Origin: Carcharhinus longimanus
Taxonomy: Eukaryota
Assembly (NCBI GenBank): GCA_030264375.1
Contig: JASCQW010000132.1
Coordinates: 92,154,449 to 92,218,448 of the forward strand
Reading direction: 5' to 3'
DNA length: 64,000 nt
Both the position numbers and the translations under genes were made by a program. A model generated the notes under the pieces. That model did no database searches. It was given only the letters and a program-made list of their open reading frames with translations, and was not told the DNA's origin. Positions 47,275-59,871 of the stretch are shown here, piece by piece (position 1 is the first letter of the stretch; each line of letters starts with the position of its first letter).

Positions 47275-47795
47275 TGAAGTCACAAGTCAGGAGTATAATG
47301 GAATATTCTCCACTTGCCTGGATGAATGCAGTTCCAACAACACTCAAGAAGCTTGACACTATCTGTAACAAAGCAGCCCATTTGATTTCTACCCCTTCCA
47401 CAAACATCCAGTCCCTCCAGCACCAAAGAACACTGGCAGCCATGTGTGCCATGTACAAGATGAACTGCAGGAACTGACCAAAGTTCCTTAGGCAGCATCT
47501 TCCAAATACATGACCATGACCATCTATAAGAACAAGAGCAGCAGATACCTGAGAACACCATCACTGTAAGTTTCCCCTCTAAGTCACTCATCATCCTGAC
47601 TTGGGAAGATATTGCTGTTCCCTCACTATCATGGGTCAAAATCCTGGAACTCCCACCCTAACAGCACTGTGGGTGTACTACATCACCTAGTCTGCAGCAG
47701 CTTAGGAAGGCAACTCACTAACATTATCTTCTGAAGGGCAAGTAAGGATGGATAATAACCGCTGGCCTCGCCAGCCATGCCACATCCCATAAATG
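47275..47795 (+). mobile_element. CR1/L2-group LINE 3' end
   Basis: KSQVRSIMEYSPLAWMNAVPTTLKKLDTI.NKAAHLI; tail GGGCAAGTAAGGATGG.ATAA..GCTGGCCT.GCCAGC.ATGC.CACATCCCA. Confidence 0.75.
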
Positions 47796-47834
47796 TTTTG
47801 TTTAAAGATTATAGCATTCCCAGTGCTTATTCTG

Positions 47835-48045
47835 ACCATCCTAACCACCCCAGACATTTACCATGGCTAATCCACCTAACTTATACATCTTTGGACTGTA
47901 GGAGAAAACTGGAGCACCTGGAAGAAACCCAAGGAGACATGGGGAGAATGTGCAAACACCACAGAGACAGTCAGCCAAGGTTGGAATCAAACCAAGGTCC
48001 CTGACGCTGCAAGGCAGCAGTGCTAACCATTGTGCCACCATGCTG
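47835..48045 (-). mobile_element. HE1/V-SINE
   Basis: - strand GGCAGCATGGTGGCACAATGGTTAGCACTGCTGCC head and V-domain. Confidence 0.85.
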
Positions 48046-50854
48046 CCTAGTGTGCCAGTTGTGTCAATTTTGGATTTTATAATTACAATCCACCATTTGG
48101 TCTGATTATCATATTTCTGTTTGGTGTTGCGATGTGAAAGAGGATCAAGCCAAAATGTGCATGAGAAGGAATGGATAAGTTAAACTTCCCCGACCCAAAA
48201 GGCACATTTAGCTAGGAGGTTGTATGCGTTGCCAATGTGGGCAGATTCAAAGCTGCACCAAATGAGTATTTCTGACTTATTCTGAACTCTATGACTTGGT
48301 GGTAGAGTCGTGAAGTATTAAAATCGTACACAAGCAGGCCCAGTCAGCAAAACACTGGTAAGTGACTGATGGAAAGTACAAGCTGCTTTTGAGAAAGTGA
48401 GCATTTATTGCACATACATTCCAACATTGATATAAACACATCTATATTTATATGTATATGAAAATGCCCCTCATTGTTCTTTGTCTTAAACTATTTCAAG
48501 GTGCAAAAAGCTTTAACTTTTACCAATTTATGATAAGTAACTTTTACAGTTTCATTTTCAGCAAAAGTTTTGATTATGCAAATGGCACGAGAAGTTGTGT
48601 GTAGTTTATTTGCTGNNNNNNNNNNCTCATTTCATTTATGTATGCTTATGCCTATCTGTCACCACACAACACAATGCAGTTTTCTAAAACACTGCATCTC
48701 AATAACTAATATTCATCAAAAGTTTAGTGAAATAATAGACTGGCATTTTGAAAGTTCAATTCTATTGTCTGTCTTTCCACTGACATGGGGTTGAGTGTTG
48801 AGATGGTAAGGTATCAGCTCTCCTCTAAATTGTATACCGTGTGCCATTCAAAGGTCTATTAAAGTTTTAAAAGCTTCACAGATGCACAAGTTATTAAACC
48901 CAGTATTAAAGAAAACTGTGCAGTCAAATCAATCTTTCAACTGGACCATATTTTAAGAAATGTGACTGTGACTGACTGAATCAGTCCATATTAATGGGGA
49001 GTTCCTCTTTATTAGAGATCAGAAATCTGTGAATGTATCTTAAAGTAAGGGTCAAAAATGGCTCATGGTGGCATTACTGGGATTAGAATATCCAGCATTT
49101 TTAACATTTGAAGTCAGCTGATTCAGAGGCTGAGGGGTGTAAAGTGCTTCTGCCTTGCATATGTTTTTATCTTTCATGTGCATCACACCGAGTTAGTAAA
49201 ATGAACAAAGAAATGTTTCTATTCACATGGTATGTTACTACATCATTGAAGTGTCTCACAAAATGGACTACTTTTGAAGTACAGTGATTATTATGTGGCT
49301 GTTCAGAAATAAAATATACCTTGCAATAAATCAAAAAGGTTTTTAGACAGTAATTTGAAGGCTTCCAGTTTCCACCTCAGGCTTAATTGACAATCTGTAT
49401 TTTGTTTGGATTTTTAAAGGTGCACATTCATTTTTTACAAAATGCAATTTTTGCCAGTCTTTCTTTGCTTACAAATACTGGAGATGTGTTTGCATCACAT
49501 TATCTTATTGCAATGAAAAGGGCAGTTGTTATTGCTTTTCCAGCTTGTCATTCACAAAATAATTTCTCATTAAACTACAATGTGGCAAAGTCTCACAATT
49601 GCTAGAATGTGGTTTCCTAGCTTCAGATATATTCATGTTTCAAGTCTACTTCACCAGCTTGCCCTTCCCCAGATGTGGTATTTGCCACGCCCCTTACATT
49701 GCAGCTGCCAGTAGTAGTGGGTCTTTGCAAGTCCAATACTCACAACCATTCCTCCCACTAACCTCACAACTCCCACAAGTTCACTGTCGGTTTCCATCAG
49801 CTCCACGTCAGTGTTGCAGATGCAGGATTCCAGGTCCCTCATGAAATTAGTTCCTTTAAAAATGGTGACCAACTACAAACTTTTATCAAAAGGAGGAAAC
49901 AAAACTGAGTTTAAAACTGAATATTCTGGAAATAAACTAAAAATTCAGGCAAATAAGTCTCTTTTCATTAAAAAGGACCTATTAGGCACAATAAACGTAC
50001 GTTTCTTTACTATCCAGATTTCTGAACTTCTGGTGGTACTTTGCCGGGAAGCAGAATTTGTAAGCTTTAATCTTTTTAGGCTGTAAGATGTTTCCCAATT
50101 TGTTCTACATTTTATGTTGCAGAATCGTTTTCATAGGTGAGCTTGTGCAAGCACTTACTCCTGTGAGTAAACACAGGATTCCTGTGATTACTCATCAGGG
50201 CTTTGGCATTCTTTGGACACATTACAACCTCAAAAAGTAATACAGTAGTTTCATAAAACGTGGAAGAAAATCAGAATTAAGCGATTGATTAAATGAGCAG
50301 GTTAGCATTCTGACCTAGATTGTCTTGTCATGCTCCATAGAGTATGTTTACAGTCAATTTATAATCTGGGCTGGGGGAACTCCAGTACACTTACTAGGTT
50401 GGCATTTTACATTTAAATTGTAAAGCATGGTGATAGTACTGCTGGGTGTACAATGGTTGTATACATCGACCAGGAATATTCATGTTAAAAGGTTGAAACA
50501 TACTTTTGTTCCTGGGATTGGACCAATTATTATCACATATCTAAATTACTTACAGTGCAAGCCTGCAGCATGGCTCAGCTATTCTACAAGGCTAATGGAT
50601 CTGTTCTTTAAGTCTGTAAAAGGCAAACAATTCTTTGCATATGTCACTACCTGCTTCCCAAAAAATACTCAATTTGCTTCCTGCAGTAAGTCTCTTAATG
50701 CAAGGTTATGTCTGTAATACTGATTACACTGCAACTATCCAGTTGCATTTTCAATTTAAGTTTTAAGCTTAAGGTTAAACCTGGTCAATGAATATCAGCA
50801 CCTATTCCACTGCATGGGCATCACAATCAGCCAACTCTATCAGCTTGCATTTAA

Positions 50855-51320
50855 AGTTTAATAATCGTTTCACAAATGGCTTACCTACAATGAAGTTTTT
50901 GTGAAAATCTCCCAGTCACCACATTCTTGCACCTGTTGTTTGATTTGATTTATTATTGTCTCAAGTATTAACATACAGTGAAAAGTATTGTTTCTTGCGT
51001 CCTATACAGNNNNNNNNNNATACAGACCAAACATACCATTCATAGAGAAGGAAACGAGACTGTGCAGAATGTAGTGTTACAGTCATAGCTAGGGTGTAGA
51101 GAAAGATCAACTCATTGCAAGTGGTAATGCAAGTTAGGTACACTGAAAAGGAATTTAGCATGACCAATGCACCTAACCAGCATGTCTTTTAGACTGTGGG
51201 AGGAAACCAGAACATCCAAAGGAAACCCACACAGACAGGAGGAGAACGTGCAGATTTTGCATAATCACCCAAGCCAGGAATCGAATCCCGGTCCCTGGCA
51301 CTGTGAGGCAGCTGTGCCAA
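50855..51320 (-). mobile_element. HE1/V-SINE interrupted by a Rex1 3' tail (~50938-51120)
   Basis: SINE tail at 50855-50937 resumes at ~51135; the insert begins TTTGATTTGATTTATTATTGTC, as at 41490. Confidence 0.7.
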
Positions 51321-52389
51321 TAATTGTGCATTCCTTTCAGGAAGGGCATGTGCTGGGACAATATGGTAGGATTCCTACTCCACTTGTCTGGGCCATACAA
51401 ATATTACTATTTAAGGTGTAAAGACAAAAATGGTCTGTGTACAGGTGCACCAGAAGAAAAACCCTGTTTAATTCATACAGTATTTGTACAGTAAACAGTC
51501 TTACTGTATTAAATGAGAATCCTGTTCTAGCTAAGAGCTCTAAAAGACAGAAATGAAATGTAGAGTAATAATTCATATTTTTAAGTGAAGGGGGAAGGAT
51601 ACTTATCTGTATCAATGTTGCACCACCTATCTAATGAAATTAATATAATTGCATTTTCTATTGTCTCACACTCTGGTGTCAATAGGTTTGGGCCTTCTTT
51701 TCGTTTGAGTTCTAGAAGTCATCTTTTTCAAAACTTGTAATTATTTTTCTCAACATTAGGAGCACTGGTCACAGCTGAGAGGAAATCTAACAAATGAGAA
51801 TGGAGCAGGTCTGCGATGTTTTTCAAAGCTGCTTTGTATGAATGTTTATACTGATAACTGAGAACAATAATTGCTTTCTATACAACAGAAAGATTGGAAG
51901 AACTGTAGTTTCATTCAAGCTGAGAGGAAGATCCTGAATAAAAAAAAATCCTGGTGTAAGATTTGGTCTTTATCATATAGATATTTGGTAAGGAAGGAAA
52001 GATGCAAATTGGTTTTATACATTTCTTTGTACTTGCTATTAGAATCCAGATCCACAAGTGAACAAAAAGGTAAATTAATGTTTCACAGAGTATGCATAGA
52101 TTTAGTTATTTCACTCAGAAATGTTCTTACTTCTTTGGGTAAAGAAACTACTTTGGCTGCAACTTTCCTGAAAGAAAATCGAAGTGCAGCCACCAATGGG
52201 AAGTTTGGAGTGTTTCCCATTGGTGCTGGCAACGCTAACCAGGAGAGATTCAACCACTCTTCGGTTGCACAAAAATCACCAACATGAAATATGATGGCAA
52301 GCCAAGCTTCACAGAGATTGGGGCACCATTTATAGGCTTAATGGAGTGTGAACTAATGATATCAACAATGAATTGTTTGTTCTGCCCTG

Positions 52390-52850
52390 GAGTTGTCAAT
52401 CAGGAAAGCTTTTAGCAGCTATTGGGACATCAGTTCCTTGTGTAAACAAATGTATGCTAATTCCCTCTTTGAGCTGCTTTGGAGCTGTCAATCAAAGCAG
52501 TTCAAAGGGCTTTCAGAGCACCCGGGGCTCATTCAAACTGGAAAGGGCAATCCCTCTCGTGAGATTCAAAGCTTCTGATCATCAGAATGTTCCAAATGAC
52601 TTTTAGAGCAGCTGGGGCTCATTCAAGCTAAGAATGGGGGGATCCCCTTTGTGAAATTCAAAGCTCCTGTCAATCAGAGTGCTTTAAAGAACTTTCACAT
52701 CACCTGGGTTTATGTGAGAAAGCAAGAGGGTTTGCGTGGTGAAACTGACATCTCCTGTCATTCAAATCCCTTCAAAGGGGTGTACGAATACTTGGGCTGT
52801 CTGAAAACACAATCAAGGGCAATTCCTATTGTAGCATGTTTTGATTTTGA
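52390..52850 (+). repeat. Diverged tandem array, ~5 units of ~90 bp
   Basis: TGTCAATCA-like anchors at 52394, 52486, 52576, 52668, 52756 (spacing 92/90/92/88). Units 2 and 3 share AGAGCA..GGGGCTCATTCAA and GTGA.ATTCAAAGC. Confidence 0.75.
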
Positions 52851-53826
52851 AGGGTTCCAAATATTTAGGGGGCACAGATTTTAAAGTGACCAGGCCACTT
52901 CAAAGGTTTTACAGAACACAGACAATAATAAATATCTTAACCAGGAAATTGCTTGAAATCACCACCCTAAGTGTGATTTTCATGTTTCCCAGGTGAAGAA
53001 GAAGTCCAGCCACAAAATCCCCATCCTGGGGGAGAACCCCAAGGTCAAAACCTTCATCCAAGCCTTTGCAATCCTCAACTCCTATGTCTCTTGAGGGACA
53101 CTCCCTCTGCAAAGCGGCAGCTGCAAAAGGGCCATTGGGCACAGTTGGAAGTAGTACTTACCTCCTTACCCTGCATTGGAGTCCACAGTGCCTGGGCCCT
53201 GCTTGTCAGGACCAGGAGCGATTACTGCCCATTGTCTTGCTAGTTGGGGATGGGGAGGGTGTGGGAAGCATACCAGAAGTCTGGAGTATCCAGCGTCAAA
53301 CCAGATATTATGCTGAAATGCATTTAAAGCTGCAGCAATCAGGTTCTCACCCAGTCTTGGCAATAATCTAATCAGTGCAGGCACAATGGGTCGGGAGACT
53401 CACAATGGGTTTGATCCCTGGCAAGAATCCCAAATTGACCCTTCTGCCCAACTCAAGAGGGCAAGAGTTGATGGGATTTCTGGCTGGGGCTCGCAGCTTC
53501 AGAAGATGGTTCCCTGTGTAGCTAAGTTTCCAATCTTATCATCCTGGCTGGCAATTACCACAGCAGCCTCTCAGTATTAAGATCTAAGTCAGTGTGAGCA
53601 AATACACTGAGATGTGATAGAAATCTTTAAGAAGAATGGTCAATGATGTGACATTGATGTGCTGCACACTTAATAGGAATTAGTAATTTCTCACAGTGCC
53701 CAATTGAAAATACTGTGCTGACATGTAAAGCAGAGCCAGAATTTTCATCAAATTTATTGCCTACTTCTGAACAGCTTGTTTAGATAATGAGAAGATGAAC
53801 TAAACACAAAAAGACAAAGATTTCCT

Positions 53827-54319
53827 GGCTTGAAATTGGCCTATGCTAAGTTAGACCAGTAAAAAGTCTGACAACACCAAAGAAACTTTTCATATCCAAG
53901 TTAGACCAGTCCAGGAGGTGTTTGGGACACTTCAATTGATGTGAACACTGATGGTTTAGGGAGAAGAAAATTAGCTTGCATTCTCTGGACAGGAAGGAGA
54001 GGCCCAGCCAGGATACCTCCATCTCGGGGGACTGCCCCAAGGTCAACACCTTCGCCACAACCTCAGCACCACTAAATTTTGGGTCTCTTGAGGGACTCTC
54101 CCTCTGCAGCCTAGCAGCAACAGAGGGGCCAATGGGTACAGTGGGAGCCAGTCCCTGCTGGAAATGCATGTTAGTGTGTCGAAAGAGCATCAGGTCCAGA
54201 TGTGTGTCTTCAATGGCAAAATATCCTGTTAATACCTACGCTGAAAGCTCACTTATGCATAGTCATCATTTCAGTCAGGCACTGAAAAGTTTTTGCTGTT
54301 TTACCCAAATTTCAGAGCC
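53827..54319. mobile_element. TIR-bounded non-autonomous DNA transposon (Harbinger-like)
   Basis: Termini GGCTTGAAATTGG / CCAAATTTCAGAGCC; interior homologous to 52990-53150. Confidence 0.5.
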
Positions 54320-54364
54320 TTAGATACAAAGAAACATGCCAGATCCAAGTACATTGTAAAATTT

Positions 54365-54665
54365 AAAGTTTACTTATTAGTGTCACAAGTAGGCTTACAT
54401 TAACATTACAATGAAGTTAAAGTGAAACTCCCCAAGTTGTTACACTCTGGCACCTGTTTGAGTACACTGAGGGAGAATTTAGCATGGCCGATGCACCTAA
54501 CAAGCACATCTTTTGCCCTGTGGGAGGAAATCAGAGCACCTGAAAGAAACCCATGCAGACACGAGGAGAACATGCAAACTCCGCACCGATAATGACCCAA
54601 GCCAGGAATTGAACCCAAGTCCCTGGCGCTGTGAGGCAGCAGTGCTAACCGCTGTGCCACCACGC
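54365..54665 (-). mobile_element. Near full-length HE1/V-SINE
   Basis: Head GTGGTGGCACAGCGGTTAGCACTGCTGCCTCACAGCGCCAGGGACTTGGGTTCAATTCC on - strand, V-domain and tail. Confidence 0.9.
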
Positions 54666-55231
54666 TGTCCCAACTGATAGTCCTATGTTTCATCTGTGAC
54701 CTCTGGAAAGGAATGTTTTGTGTTTGAATGTTTATTTGGTGCTGCATTCTGCACACTATAAAGAGATTCTGTCCACCTGATCCGAAGCTCCCTGAAGTAA
54801 TCGTGCAATGTTTATGGATTAAACTCTGGAATATACACCAGCCTGACTTGACAAGGAGCCTGACTCTTGACAGTTACTTGGATTTAAAAATGTGTCTGAT
54901 TCTATCACTAGACAATTTAAGTCATGCACTTTTCAGAAGCATTATTGGAAATGCTGTTCAAACACCAAGCTATCGTTTGCCAAGATAGTTATCAGGTATG
55001 TTCCAGGGAGTATAGAAGAAGCTGTTAACTACTATTCACGTGAAAAAGCAAGTTGGATGCTAATCTATCTCTCATGAAATTATATTACTAAACGTTGATA
55101 CATGGGGGTAAAATTAAAACCACAGTAATAATAATCACATACCAGAGGACTTAATTGGTTATTAGCGTGAAACTGTAAATGCTATATATCTATAAACTGT
55201 GTGTAGTTCTAAGTGTGACTGTTCTCGGGCA

Positions 55232-55490
55232 ATAGGATCCTACAGTGCAGGAAGAGCATTCAGCCCATCAAGCCTAACCCAGGCCCTATCCCCATAACTC
55301 CTGCATTTATCCCAGCTAGTCCCCCAGACACTAAGGGGCAATTTAGCATGCCCAATCAATCTAACCCACACATCTTTGGACTGTGGGAGGAAACCCACAT
55401 AGACACGGGGAGATTGTGCAGTGACCCAAGCCAGGAATTGAACCCGGTCCCTGGTGCTGTGAGGCAGCAGGGCAAATCACTGTGCCACCA
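55232..55490 (-). mobile_element. HE1/V-SINE
   Basis: CATCTTTGGACTGTGGGAGGAAACCCAC...GCTGTGAGGCAGCAG...ACTGTGCCACC. Confidence 0.85.
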
Positions 55491-55665
55491 CTGACATAGA
55501 AAATTGGACTACAACTACTTGCAATTTAGTATGTTTTATAATAGAAATAAACATAAATTTGAAAAGTTGTCACGAGAAACTTAAAGGCCTCAAAGATTAG
55601 CTGTGGCTTTATTTAGTCCTTTGGCTAATATTCAACTATCAGTTAAACCCTGAAGATTAATTACA

Positions 55666-55759
55666 TGCTGCAAATTTCATTCAGATATATATCTGACAAG
55701 TTGCAAGTAATATTTGACTTATCACCTGTCAGATACATATCTGAATAAAATTTACAGCA
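55666..55759. repeat. 94-nt hairpin with nested palindrome
   Basis: 36-bp arms 55666-55701 / 55724-55759 (4 mismatches); left arm contains the perfect palindrome TCAGATATATATCTGA. Confidence 0.9.
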
Positions 55760-56012
55760 CCTATTTTACCCTCTGTTGATTTTTGAATTGGCCAAAAGAG
55801 CAGTCACCAATCCAAAAGGCTAAATAGTACCCTTCATTAGGAATATTTCCAGCATACATGAAGTGCCCTTTCACTAACATATAAACTGATTGGTAAAAAG
55901 ACACTACATTTCCATCTCATAGTGAGAACTGCCCTAATGGTATGTATGTTATCTGTCTACCTCCAAAATGTAATTAATGTAGCTTTTAAATCTAGCTTTT
56001 AATCTACTGCCC

Positions 56013-56224
56013 TATTATCACAGAATTGATACTAGTGCTGAGGAAGCCCTGAATGCAGAAAATGGAGCAGGTAGTTCTGGTGGCCATTTTGGGCACAGTC
56101 CACATGGCACCCCCACTGAAAAAGATATTAGTTTGCAGCTGTGCCCAAAATGGCCACCAGTGTTACCTGCTCCACTTCCTGCATTCAGGGCTTCCTTAGC
56201 ACAGGCATCAATTCTGTGACAATA
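56013..56224. repeat. Long inverted repeat (86-bp arms, 40-nt loop), probable MITE
   Basis: 56013-56098 vs 56139-56224: 76/86 complementary, no indels. Confidence 0.93.
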
Positions 56225-56817
56225 ATAATTTTAATTAGCAACAGACTGCACCAGCAGATCAGCAGAGGCCTGATGGTGACGTCAATCAGTAGATCTGGCT
56301 GACTTAATGCATGTTTTCCCAACTTTGAGTCTACAGATCCAGTGAACGCCAGGGTAATCATGTATTCTACTGCACATGAGACACTCACCAGTGACATCCA
56401 AAGGGCCAATCATCCTATTTACAGCTGAGGTGCTTTTGATGTATTTTATCTGTGGCAACATTTGTGGAAGCAGTGTAGCCTGTTTGTGGTGGTCTGTTGG
56501 TGAGCTGACACAGTCACTGAAGGATGGAAGAAGATTTGGTCATCTGTACACACTACATGGGTAACATGTTTGCAGGCTGTAGTTCTGAGTCGGCAACATG
56601 ACTGAAAGATGGAACAGAGAAGAGACCACAGAGAGGGGGAACTCGATGAAGACGGAGGAAGCGGAGTCTCCGCAGAAATCCTCACAATGGGCTTTCAGAA
56701 AACAATTCTCATGCCCATTTCTTACTCAGAAGCAATATCAGAAGAGGTGATGGCCTATGGAGCAAGCATTTCTCCACTATCACTAAACTATTAATCCAGA
56801 AACTCAGCTAATGTTCT

Positions 56818-57080
56818 TGGCACGATGGCACAGCGGTTAGCACTGTTGCCTCACAGTGCCAGGGACCTGAGTTCGATTCCCGGCTTAGGCCACTGTCACT
56901 GTGGAATTTGTACATCCTCTCCGTGTCTGTGTGGGTTTCCTCCATGTTCCTCCGGTTTCTTCCCACAGTCCAAAGATGTGTGGGTTAGGTGGATTAGCCA
57001 TGCTCAATTGCCCCTTAGTGTCGGGGTATTAGCAGGGTAAATACATGGGGTTACAGGGTTAGGCCTGAGTGGGATTATTC
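56818..57080 (+). mobile_element. HE1/V-SINE
   Basis: GGCACAGCGGTTAGCACTGTTGCCTCACAGTGCCAGGGACCTGAGTTCGATTCC head and V-domain. Confidence 0.9.
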
Positions 57081-59744
57081 TCCCATTTTCCTGGTATTTT
57101 CCCAAACAAGGATATATTTTAAAGTAACATTAAGTATGAATTTTAAGCTACCTTTCTTACCAATTCCTCACTTTTTTAATGAATGTATTAATTTTTTTCT
57201 TGAGATCCATGGGTATACCCATCCTCACCAGTTCATTGTTCAAATTGTCATCCTAAGAACCCGTTCAGCCGAACATGGTCCTGTCTTCAGCTGAAGTTCA
57301 CATGCATTTTACAGCAAGGTCATTGGAAACCCTGCTAATTTTTTTTCCTCCTTTCCACCCATCCTGTCCATAACTCGGTGGCATATTCAACATTACCTTT
57401 ACCCTTTGGCCCTATAGGTGATCTGTAGTTGTTATGCATGGCTCTATTAGGAGTTCTAAGACAGCCATTGGTTGAAGGAATATATTTTAAGTTTCTGTCC
57501 GTAACCTGAGCTCTCTTTCTGCATCTCAATCACTGGCTCTCCTCCGAGTTCCAAATGTTCAGTCTGTGAATGGGAGAATTGCCAGTAACTTGATATGAAG
57601 ACTGATCACCCTCGTGTCAATCGGTGAAGAGGACCGAGCACTGTCTGCAGAATTTTCATAGCGTTGCATTACATTTGTATTTTTTAAACTAAATGACAAA
57701 AATGTCCTAAATGGTATAAATCAATATTCTTTTTAGTATAGTAAATGTGTAGTTAACATTTAACGTATTAATCTTGCAATACTTTTTATTTTCTCTGCAC
57801 TGCTTTTGCACAACAAAACAGTTTGATGTACATTTTGTAGCAGATTTCTTCAATTGGTGCAGCAATTTTAAGCAGTAGTATTTACTGGTAATAAACTCAA
57901 GAGGAGACATTTACTTTCAATTAAAGTTGGAAGATGTGGTTGTACAGCTACTGTGGTCTTGCCTCAGATGTGAGGCCATTTCTACCTATTAAGTTGTCAT
58001 AATGTAACTGAGATAAAAGAGGAGTTTAGCCAGAAGAGACTAATTGGATTGTCAATATATTTTACCATTTACATTTTAAAATCAACTCCCTGGAACAGCC
58101 ATTTGTGATCTTTATTTAGTGTTGAAACTGCAGATTGACAAAGTACAGAACACTACTTTCACAGTATGTATTCTGTTTTGGGGTCAGCATAGTGCCACAA
58201 ATTATTTTGTTCTTGCCTGTTAAAATCCACTTAGCACATGGCAATGATCATTCTCATTTCAATTGATAAATATTACAGCTTTGACAGCTGAACAGTGAAG
58301 GATTTGGAACTAGCCAGTAAAGAACCTTTTGCTTTGTAAATCAAAACTGTAATATCCCTTGTAATAGGCAGCAAAAAGATAAAATTCTGCTGTCACTGCA
58401 GTTTTAAAATTAATACAATTTCACTGGAGGATGTCCATTGTTGGATGGCACCATCACTCCTCTGAATCAGTTAGAGATATTTGAATAAAATCCAAAATGA
58501 TGAGCAGTATTTTGTCATGCGTAAAGAGGGTAAATTCTAGAAACATTTGCCCTTGGATATCATCATTAATCCGTTACCAACTGACGAAGGGTCTCGATTA
58601 GTGTGTGAAATTGGCATTTTTTTTAAACTAGACCAAGCTGAAATAGGATGATTAGCTTGTTACCTAAGTAATGGCAGTTTAAAATACTGATGTCTTGTAA
58701 TACTATGCAAGTATCAGTGAACAGACACTTTACTTATAATTCATTTTTAATTCTAAGGAAGCATTTAACTTGTAAATGAATAAATGACTGTCTCCATTAA
58801 AATAGCAGATAGATGAACTGGATGCAAGCAATAAAGTCCATTTATTAATACACAGAAGTAATTTCAGGGCCTCAGAATAAGCTTAGTGGCTTTTTCCTGG
58901 TTTCTGAGTGAAAGGTCAGTCTCGAGACTGGTGCTTCACACAAGCTTGAGTTATGTTGGGGACTTTGTTCTGGGATGATTAGCACAGAGCAATAACTCTA
59001 AACTGTTATTTGAATGTAAAGTGAACATCAAGATTTAGCCCACACATTGGAATTACTTTCCCAAGGTTTTTTTTTGCCACACATTCCTGTCTGCTGAATG
59101 TGATTCAACACTCAGATTGATTAGTTCTTACACTGGGACATTCCATGAAATCAGAGGATCTCAGTAACAGGAATGGCAAGCAGAACCGTGGCAACTTACC
59201 AGACTGCATCCCTCCCACTGAATAGTATGTTGAAAGGCTGGTTGAGGTGGGGTTTGATGTGGAAAGATGCGGACATAATATCAGCTATTTAAAATAAAAT
59301 CATTCAAGCAGCCATTTTGTACAGGAATTTCAATATTGTGCACACACTCAAAAATAAGGCTAAGAAATAAATCCTGTTATTTTCTTCAATTGCTACCTCA
59401 CTACAAAGAAGGTTTAAACATGAACAAAGCCACAGAAGAAGAACAGTTAACCTCCTCATGCTTTTTTGAAGGGTTACCTTAGAATTTACAAGCTAGTGAG
59501 GAACCACTTACTACAAGTGTTGGAAATGCATTGAGTGATAACAGATGTGTTTGCTATCTTATTAGTGTATTTTTCATTGTTCATAATTAAGACACTTGTA
59601 GGTCAGGTCTTTCTTGCTGTGATTTTCATCACTGCCCACCCCCACCAAATGTATTCACTTGATCCATCCTATGCAAAATAGGAACAAAGGATGTTTATTT
59701 AAAATAGGTGCTTGGTGGTACAGAATTTGAGTTTTACTGAAAAA

Positions 59745-59870
59745 AACAGACATGCTGTCGAAGGTTTTTGATTTGCACTCATCAGGACACCTTCTCAAGG
59801 AGGTCAAATCTCAAAGGGGATCGACAGTTCACATTGCATGAGAAGAGGATACTGATTGGTTGGCAAGTGG
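59745..59870 (-). mobile_element. Penelope-like terminal repeat fragment with decayed hammerhead motif
   Basis: - strand CCACTTGCCAACCAATCAG ... TGTC-CTGATGA-GTGCAAATC-AAAA-ACCT-TC-GACA (59789-59756). Confidence 0.65.
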
Positions 59871-59871
59871 A

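Noticed and set aside
52390-52850. CRISPR-like or tRNA-gene interpretation of periodic repeats and SINE heads
   Set aside because: Eukaryotic context with degenerate units lacking identical repeats; tRNA-like heads elsewhere belong to SINEs and are not intact tRNA genes.
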